Part shown: positions 25,094 through 31,079 of the stretch, piece by piece
How the letters are laid out: every line of letters starts with the position of its first letter
Numbering within the stretch: position 1 is the stretch's first letter
Translations under genes and position numbers: made by a program
Notes under the pieces: model-generated
What the model was told of the DNA's origin: nothing
Seen by the model: only the letters and a program-made list of their open reading frames with translations
Databases searched by the model: none
NCBI GenBank assembly: GCA_949298665.1
Contig: CASFXO010000097.1
Coordinates: forward strand, 1 to 31,079
DNA: 31,079 nt
Origin: an uncultured Lentisphaeria bacterium
GTDB taxonomy: Bacteria; Verrucomicrobiota; Lentisphaeria; Victivallales; Victivallaceae
Reading direction: 5' to 3'

Positions 25094-26116
25094 TCAGGGC
25101 GTACGCAGTTCATCCAGCAGCGATTTGATTACGGCGTCGGTGTCGATGTTTTCCGCTTCCGCCTCATACGAGAGGATGATCCGGTGCCGCAGCACGTCCG
25201 GCGCAATGTCCTTGACGTCCTGCGGGACCACATAGGCGCGTCCGGCGAGGAACGCCGCGCCCCGGGCCGCCACCGCCAGTGCGATCGAAGCGCGCGGCGA
25301 TGCTCCGAACGAAATCAGGGCCGTCGTCTCATCCAGTTTCGCCGAGGACTGGCGTGCCGAGAGTTCCGCCCGGTGCCCCGGACGGGTGGCGAATACCAGG
25401 TCGAGAATGTATTCGACGATTTTTTCGTCAATGTAGATCTGATCGACAATTTCCCGGGCGGCGACGATGTCTTCGAGTTTGCCGACTGCGACGGCTTCCA
25501 CCCGGCAGGCCGGATGCGCCATGCGGCGGATGACCAGCTCCTCCTCGGCCCGTTTCGGGTAATCCACTTTGAGTTTGAACATGAACCGGTCCAGCTGCGC
25601 TTCCGGCAGCGGATACGTTCCTTCCTGTTCGATCGGGTTCTGGGTGGCCAGCACCAGGAACGGCGCGGGCAGGGCGAAAGTTTCCCCGGCGATGGTTACC
25701 TGTTTTTCCTGCATGGCTTCCAGCAGCGCGCTCTGGACTTTGGCCGGGGCGCGGTTGATTTCGTCCGCCAGCACGATGTTGGCGAAGACCGGTCCGAGCC
25801 GGGTCGAAAATTCATGCGTCGAAGCGTTGTAAATGCGCGTACCGATCAGGTCCGCCGGCAACAGGTCCGGCGTGAACTGCAGACGCGAGAACGTGCCGTT
25901 GAGCGTCTGGGCCAGTGTGCGGACCGCCATGGTTTTGGCCAGCCCGGGCACCCCTTCGAGCAGGACATGGCCGTCGGAGATCATGGCCAGAAGCAGGCGG
26001 TCGAGCAGTTTGTCCTGGCCGGCGATGATGCGGCCCATTTCGGTTTTGACCAGCTGCAGCGCGTTCTGACGTTGCCGGACGATTTCCTGTAGTTGCTGAA
26101 TGTCTTTGGTTTCCAT
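25094..26116 (-). CDS. moxR: MoxR-family AAA+ ATPase
   Basis: Walker A LEGVPGLAKT, RLQFTPDLLPADL, Walker B LADEINRAPAKVQSALLEAMQE, ATQNPIEQEGTYPLPEAQLDRF, GASPRAS, VLRHRI. Confidence 0.95.
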   Translation of the reverse strand: METKDIQQLQEIVRQRQNALQLVKTEMGRIIAGQDKLLDRLLLAMISDGHVLLEGVPGLAKTMAVRTLAQTLNGTFSRLQFTPDLLPADLIGTRIYNASTHEFSTRLGPVFANIVLADEINRAPAKVQSALLEAMQEKQVTIAGETFALPAPFLVLATQNPIEQEGTYPLPEAQLDRFMFKLKVDYPKRAEEELVIRRMAHPACRVEAVAVGKLEDIVAAREIVDQIYIDEKIVEYILDLVFATRPGHRAELSARQSSAKLDETTALISFGASPRASIALAVAARGAAFLAGRAYVVPQDVKDIAPDVLRHRIILSYEAEAENIDTDAVIKSLLDELRTP

Positions 26117-26184
26117 GATTTTCCCCCCATGAAAAATAATGAAAAAAACATTGAACGGATCAAAAAATCGCGTTTTCTGAAATC

Positions 26185-26213
26185 AATGTACTCTTTGCTT
26201 CGGCGAATGTCAA
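26185..26213 (-). promoter_or_regulatory. Near-consensus sigma70 promoter for the moxR operon
   Basis: TTGACA (26213-26208), 17 nt, TACATT (26190-26185). The -35 box contains the DUF6044 TGA stop. Confidence 0.7.
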
Positions 26214-28033
26214 GTGTGGTTCCCGAAAATCTTTTGCCCATCCTCCGGCCGGGCCGGGATCCGGTAAACCAGAATCCGGTACAGGCAGCCTTTCATTTCG
26301 TAGATGCCGAGCAGTTCCAGACCGAGTTGCCGCGCGTTGAGCACCGGTACCCGGGACAGCAGATAGCGCGTCCCGTATTCGCGGATCAGAACCTCGCGGT
26401 CAACGGCCAGTTCCACCGGGCGGTATTCATGTTTGCGCGTCGGAATCCAGGTGAGCCATGGGTTGTAGAGATAGAAACGTCCGCCCCAGGCATCGAAATA
26501 TTCCCGGAGATCGGGGTTGGCGTTCAGCGTCGGTGCGATCAGCCGGCGGAACTTGTTCATGGCCGCCTGAGGATGCAGACTGTTGTAGCCGTCGATGCAG
26601 CGGAACCCGTTGTAAACCAGTACGGAAGGATGAAAGCCGAACGCCGCCGCCGGTTCTCCCCGGTACCCGATGTCGCGTCGGATGGCCGTAAAAAGCGGTT
26701 CCGAAAAAAACTCCCGCCAGGTAACTTCGGAATCCGCCACCTCGTCGCCATACAGGTGCTTCAGAAATCGCCAATTGCCGGCCGTATCGTTGTAGGGCGC
26801 CGCGGAGAACAGAATCCAGCAGAGCTGCCCGACCAGCATGAAAATGGCCAGTATGCGTCCGGTTTTTCTCCAACGTCCTTTCCCGTCGGAGAGGACGGTC
26901 AATGCCAGGGCGAACCCCAGATAATACAACGGCAGCTGAAAGACCAGAATCCGGGCCCAGTTGAAGCCGTCCAGCATCGGCAACACCGGCGCCGTCAGAC
27001 ACTGTATCACGCCGCAGGAGCCGCATGCGGCAATCACGCCGATTCCCAGAATGGCGGCGGCGCACCAGATCAGCAGCCGGAACCGGGCGGCATTCTTCCT
27101 GGAAAAGTCCGCTTCCGCCGGAACGGAAGGCGGCGCCGCGCCGTTGCGGCTCCGGTGACATCGGACGATGAGCCCTGCGAGCAGCACCAGCAACGTCAGC
27201 GGCAGAAGCAGCGGCATGCCGCGACCGTCCGCGTGCTCCAGACCGGTTGCGAAAGCATCCCACAGGCACTGTAAAAAATCTCCCTGAGGACGGAACAACG
27301 CCCGGTTCACCGGCTCCCGGACGACCAGCATCAGATAGAAGAGTTTCAGGTCGACCAGCACATATCCCGCCGTCAGCAGGAGCCAGCCCGCCGCCAGATT
27401 CACGTTGCATTTCCGCCGGAGCCCCCACAGCACGATCGTCGCCGCCGCCCAGAGTCCGATGAGAAATATGCCGACGACGGAAAAACTGGAGAAGAACGGC
27501 AGCAGCACCACCCAGAAAACTTCCGGCGTGAAACGGTCCCGGGCGGCATAGCGGAGAAACAGCAGCGGCGCCAGCGGCAGGGAGGCCAGTGCCGGCGTCC
27601 AGACCGGCAGCAGCGGCAGCGCGGCGTAGCACAATGCGGCTCCGACTGCGATCCAGTCCGGTGGCGCGGCAAGTCGCCGGATCAGCAGCAGCATGGCGCA
27701 GAAGGCCAGAAGTGCCATGGAGATCTTCAGGATGACATAGGCTTCGAACAGCGGAAAAAGCAGGAACAAAAGACTTTGATACGAATAATCCGCCTCCCAG
27801 CAGTAAAGCGTGGACAATCCGTCCATGAACCGGGTCGGCGCATCCCAGACGAAAAAAAGTCCGTCATCCCGGAACATCCGGTACAGAGGCAGCCAGTCCA
27901 GATTGTCGTGGAACGCGACGAGGCCGTCCTGTCCCAGCAACACCAGCGGTCCCCAAACCGTCATGGCGACCAGCGTTCCCATCATGCAGGATATCCGATC
28001 CTGCGGAAAAAAAGGAAACTTGCGAAGATTCAT
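26210..28033 (-). CDS. DUF6044 (YkoS-like) integral membrane protein, putative GT-C glycosyltransferase
   Basis: HDNLD after TM1 (27910-27896), many TM segments, C-terminal GFHPSVLVYNGFRCIDGYNS..P.....FRRLIAP.L and YFDAWGGRFYL. Confidence 0.75.
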   Translation of the reverse strand: MNLRKFPFFPQDRISCMMGTLVAMTVWGPLVLLGQDGLVAFHDNLDWLPLYRMFRDDGLFFVWDAPTRFMDGLSTLYCWEADYSYQSLLFLLFPLFEAYVILKISMALLAFCAMLLLIRRLAAPPDWIAVGAALCYAALPLLPVWTPALASLPLAPLLFLRYAARDRFTPEVFWVVLLPFFSSFSVVGIFLIGLWAAATIVLWGLRRKCNVNLAAGWLLLTAGYVLVDLKLFYLMLVVREPVNRALFRPQGDFLQCLWDAFATGLEHADGRGMPLLLPLTLLVLLAGLIVRCHRSRNGAAPPSVPAEADFSRKNAARFRLLIWCAAAILGIGVIAACGSCGVIQCLTAPVLPMLDGFNWARILVFQLPLYYLGFALALTVLSDGKGRWRKTGRILAIFMLVGQLCWILFSAAPYNDTAGNWRFLKHLYGDEVADSEVTWREFFSEPLFTAIRRDIGYRGEPAAAFGFHPSVLVYNGFRCIDGYNSLHPQAAMNKFRRLIAPTLNANPDLREYFDAWGGRFYLYNPWLTWIPTRKHEYRPVELAVDREVLIREYGTRYLLSRVPVLNARQLGLELLGIYEMKGCLYRILVYRIPARPEDGQKIFGNHT

Positions 28034-28116
28034 CGTGTTTTTTCCATGTCATGAAAACGCCCCGGCCCGCGGTTTCATGCCGCAGGACGGGGGCGCACCG
28101 CCGGGACAGGTATCCG

Positions 28117-31079
28117 TTATCCCACCGGCAGGGGGTTTTTCAGGAGCGGATCCTCCGGCGCGTTCGGAAATGTCGTTTCGGAAGCCATGCCTGCGGCAAT
28201 TCCTGCCGTCGCCGGATATTGAATCGTGTCGTCGGGCAGCGCGTCTTCTGCCCCCCATGCGGCGAAATCGTAACTGCTGGAGCCGCTGAGCCTTTCGATT
28301 TCGGCAAACTGTTCCTGCCCGGTCAAGGCGGTCTCCAGCGGGGCGCCGTTGCGACAGACGAGAGCCGGTCCCAGAGCGGTCCCGTCCGCGTCGAGGAAGG
28401 TCAGTTTGACTCCGCCCCCGCTCGCGCTCAGCGTTATCCGCTCAAAATCACCATCGTCCAGACGATAGAAGTCCATCCGGTCGCCGTTGCTCACGGCCGC
28501 CCGGATGCCATGCCCCTCGCCGCCGGGGAGGACCGGCAGCGTTGCGGCCTGTTCCCAGGTATTGTTGTCGAGGTTGAATGCAGTCCGGGCGGCCTGAAAA
28601 TGGAAATCCGGCGTCGCATCGGACGGACATTCCACCTTCAGCACATAATCGGTGTCGGGTTGCAGCTCCACGGTGAAATTCGCCTTTCCTGCCGCTGCGG
28701 TGGCGGCGGAATAGTTTTTGGTCGCGACGGGTTTGAAGGTGCCCCGGTCCATGCGTCCGATGGTATACTTCCCGGCCGAGCAGGAGAGTTCCAGCAGTGC
28801 GCCGTCGCTGCCGCCGGAAACCGTGTAATAACGGATGTCTCCTCTGCCTTCCCAGATGTTGGTGAAATCCGCCTCTCCCGTTCCCGCCGGCAAAGCCTCC
28901 GCCGTGCCCGTCTGCCGCAGCGTCAGCTGATAATCGCTCAGTGCGGCAGTGGCCTGAACTTTCAGGTAATAGGTTCCCTGCAGATACTGGTTGAGGAACA
29001 TGCCCGCGTCTTCTTTCGCCCTGGGGCCGCTGTGAGCGCGGGTGGCGATGACCCGGAACGCTTCGTCGTACAGCGTGATTTTTACTCCGGCGGCCGCTTC
29101 CGCGATGCCGAAATCGTAGACGCCGTCGGCGGTGAACCGGTAATAATCCAGCTTGTCGCCGGAGCCGACCGCCGCCCGGATCGAAACCGGAGCGGTTCCG
29201 GCATCCAGTGCGTCGGCGTCTTCAAAGCTGTTGTTGGCGGAATATGCATAGGCCGCGGCGACGAAACGGTAGTCCGTGTTGTATTTGCCTTTGCCGCCGT
29301 CGGTGGTTTCGATCTTCAGATAATAAGTAGTGTTCGCGGCCAGGTTGACCTGAAAACGGTTTTTCGACGCGGTTTCGGACAGGACGTCCGCCGGCTTGAA
29401 GGTCCGGCTGCCGGCGGTTTTGAATTTCCCGTTGACGATGGTACCGACGGAAAGCTTCAACGGTTGTGCCGGAGCCTCCGTCGCGGCGAATCCGAACAGG
29501 CCGTGAAAGCCCGTTTCGCCGGTGGTGAATCGATAGTAATCCGCGCCGTCGCCGTATCCGACCCAGTCGGCGCCGGAGAACAGGGACGGACCGTTGCCGT
29601 CCGGCAGCGGAATTTCCAGCTCGGCGGGGGTATCCATCGGGAAGTTCGGTTCCGGCAGAAATTCGTGTTCCAGCCGGACGTCCAGAGACAATTCGGTTTT
29701 GCCGGAATTTTCCGTCTTGAGGTAATAGGTGCCCGCCTCCAGCAGCAGATTCGCCATCAGGCTCACGGTCTGCAGTTTGTTGTTGACGTTCCGGTACAAA
29801 GTCAGTTTGCCGCCGCCTTCCTGGTGAATATTGATCGTGCCGGTTTCCCGGAGCGTGAAGGCCCGGTATTCCGTCCGGCGCGAGGCAAGCGTGACGGAAA
29901 AACCGCCGGAAACGCCTGCCGCGCTTTCCGTCAGCGCGACGGCCTGATACGCGACGGCCTGTTCCGCCTGCAACTGGTAGTCGGTATTCTTTTTGCCTTT
30001 GCCGCTGTCCGCGGAACGGATGGAAAGATAATAGTCTCCGGCCAGAAGCTGCAAGCCGGAGATCCGACCCGTACCGTCTTTACCGACGGTGACGCTTTTC
30101 AGAGCGACCGGAGTGGTTTCGTTGCCGGAGCGGTCGAAATTCTTGCGGTAGACCGTCAACACCGCCTCCCCGGGATCGGCGCTCAGCGCGAAATCGTACA
30201 AGCCCGCCTCGTCTCCCGTCAGGGAAAAGGCATAATAATCCATGGCGTCACCGAAGCCCACCCATTCTCCGGCGATCCCATCGGTCAGCCGGAAGGCATT
30301 GGCCGTGGTCCACCGGTCATCGGCGGAATTGGCGTTGATGAAGACACTGCCGGTCAATCCGACCTCATAGGCGGTGTTTTTCGCGGAAGCCGCCCCGGGG
30401 GCGTCGACGGCGATGTAATAGACTCCCGCCTGAAGCAGCAGGGGGGCGGTTTCGCCTTCCTGCCGGGACCACCGGCCGGTCTTCTTGTCGAATTTCGGCG
30501 TGACGGTGAGTGATTTAAGCGTTTTGGGCTTTTTCTCCTCTCCGGTGCGGGCATCGTAGGCGGCGCTGAAGACGGTCAGCTTCGCCGCGGATTCCTCCAG
30601 TCCGGTCAGGTGAAAAACATATTCCCCGGCCCCCTCGATCACCACCTTCCGGTAATCGGTCTTGTCGCCGAACCCGACCCATTCGTCGGTGACGAGCGCG
30701 ATATCGACCGTCGGCTGCGTCGCTCCGACGACGATGGCGTCTCCGGCGGTTTCCCAGGTGTCGTCGGTCCGCAGATTGGCGCGGGTGAAAACGGTTCCGT
30801 TCAGGCGGAGTTCGTATCCGATCGGGTCCGCCGGGGTGGTTTTCACCGCTTCCACTTTGACGACATAATCGGCGCCGCCGGTCAACCGGAGGGTTCCCGT
30901 GGTACCGGAGACGCCGACCCAGGTATTGGTTTTTCGGTCAAAGCGGGGCGTCACGGTGATCGACTTGATGGTTTTCAGGGAAGTGGGAGCGCCGTTCCGG
31001 TCGTACACGATGCTGCTTACGGTCAGCCGCACCGGCAGCCGGTCGACGTCGTTCAAGGTGAATTCATATTCCCCCGGCG
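28117..31079 (-). CDS. Large repeat-containing putative surface/secreted protein (tandem PPC-like beta domains), 5' end outside the window
   Basis: The frame stays open past the track start (31056) to the window edge (PGEYEFTLNDV...). Recurring W-V-G-F/Y-G-D-x-x-D-Y, YYL.I/V, KGK.NTDY and N..W/F..A motifs. Confidence 0.85.
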   Translation of the reverse strand, partial: PGEYEFTLNDVDRLPVRLTVSSIVYDRNGAPTSLKTIKSITVTPRFDRKTNTWVGVSGTTGTLRLTGGADYVVKVEAVKTTPADPIGYELRLNGTVFTRANLRTDDTWETAGDAIVVGATQPTVDIALVTDEWVGFGDKTDYRKVVIEGAGEYVFHLTGLEESAAKLTVFSAAYDARTGEEKKPKTLKSLTVTPKFDKKTGRWSRQEGETAPLLLQAGVYYIAVDAPGAASAKNTAYEVGLTGSVFINANSADDRWTTANAFRLTDGIAGEWVGFGDAMDYYAFSLTGDEAGLYDFALSADPGEAVLTVYRKNFDRSGNETTPVALKSVTVGKDGTGRISGLQLLAGDYYLSIRSADSGKGKKNTDYQLQAEQAVAYQAVALTESAAGVSGGFSVTLASRRTEYRAFTLRETGTINIHQEGGGKLTLYRNVNNKLQTVSLMANLLLEAGTYYLKTENSGKTELSLDVRLEHEFLPEPNFPMDTPAELEIPLPDGNGPSLFSGADWVGYGDGADYYRFTTGETGFHGLFGFAATEAPAQPLKLSVGTIVNGKFKTAGSRTFKPADVLSETASKNRFQVNLAANTTYYLKIETTDGGKGKYNTDYRFVAAAYAYSANNSFEDADALDAGTAPVSIRAAVGSGDKLDYYRFTADGVYDFGIAEAAAGVKITLYDEAFRVIATRAHSGPRAKEDAGMFLNQYLQGTYYLKVQATAALSDYQLTLRQTGTAEALPAGTGEADFTNIWEGRGDIRYYTVSGGSDGALLELSCSAGKYTIGRMDRGTFKPVATKNYSAATAAAGKANFTVELQPDTDYVLKVECPSDATPDFHFQAARTAFNLDNNTWEQAATLPVLPGGEGHGIRAAVSNGDRMDFYRLDDGDFERITLSASGGGVKLTFLDADGTALGPALVCRNGAPLETALTGQEQFAEIERLSGSSSYDFAAWGAEDALPDDTIQYPATAGIAAGMASETTFPNAPEDPLLKNPLPVG

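Noticed and set aside
28050-28079. Hairpin CATGAAAACGC/GCGGTTTCATG between the repeat protein and DUF6044 as a terminator
   Set aside because: No U tract follows on either strand and the stem has one mismatch; function unsupported.
19307-30513. Plus-strand ORFs opposite the minus-strand block (e.g. 19307..20656, 20569..22269, 23871..25070, 25034..26092, 28051..30513)
   Set aside because: Antisense shadows of motif-supported minus-strand genes.
28117-31079. DNA-level tandem repeats or a CRISPR-like array in the large gene
   Set aside because: The repetition is only at the protein-motif level with diverged codons; no identical spaced repeats or cas genes anywhere in the window.

Overview
GC-rich bacterial chromosomal window. 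The gene repertoire suggests a PVC-group organism such as Lentisphaerota/Victivallis (inferred from the prepilin-like H-X9-DG gene, GntR-LacI hybrid regulator, paralogous FAD oxidoreductases and WVGFGD-repeat surface protein). Left to right: (1) right end of an IS256/ISH6-like element; (2) prepilin-like gene, secreted lectin-fold protein and GntR regulator; (3) glycogen cluster (stand-alone CBM48, glgP, glgA, eukaryote-type glgB; no glgC/glgX) running into an FAD oxidoreductase and an orphan histidine kinase whose membrane domain resembles a VUT/YhhQ (queuosine-precursor) transporter; (4) an AraC regulator divergent from a DUF4965 'glutaminase-like' hydrolase, then a second FAD oxidoreductase, an 8-aa uORF, a histidine-decarboxylase-like PLP enzyme and a C-GCAxxG-C-C protein; (5) on the minus strand, a 5'-truncated large repeat protein, DUF6044, moxR-DUF58-hypothetical-batA (no batB-E), DUF2079 and rlmI. 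The strongest novelty candidate is the transporter-derived sensor kinase. All family calls come from motifs recognised by eye; no searches were run. No rRNA, tRNA or CRISPR array was seen.
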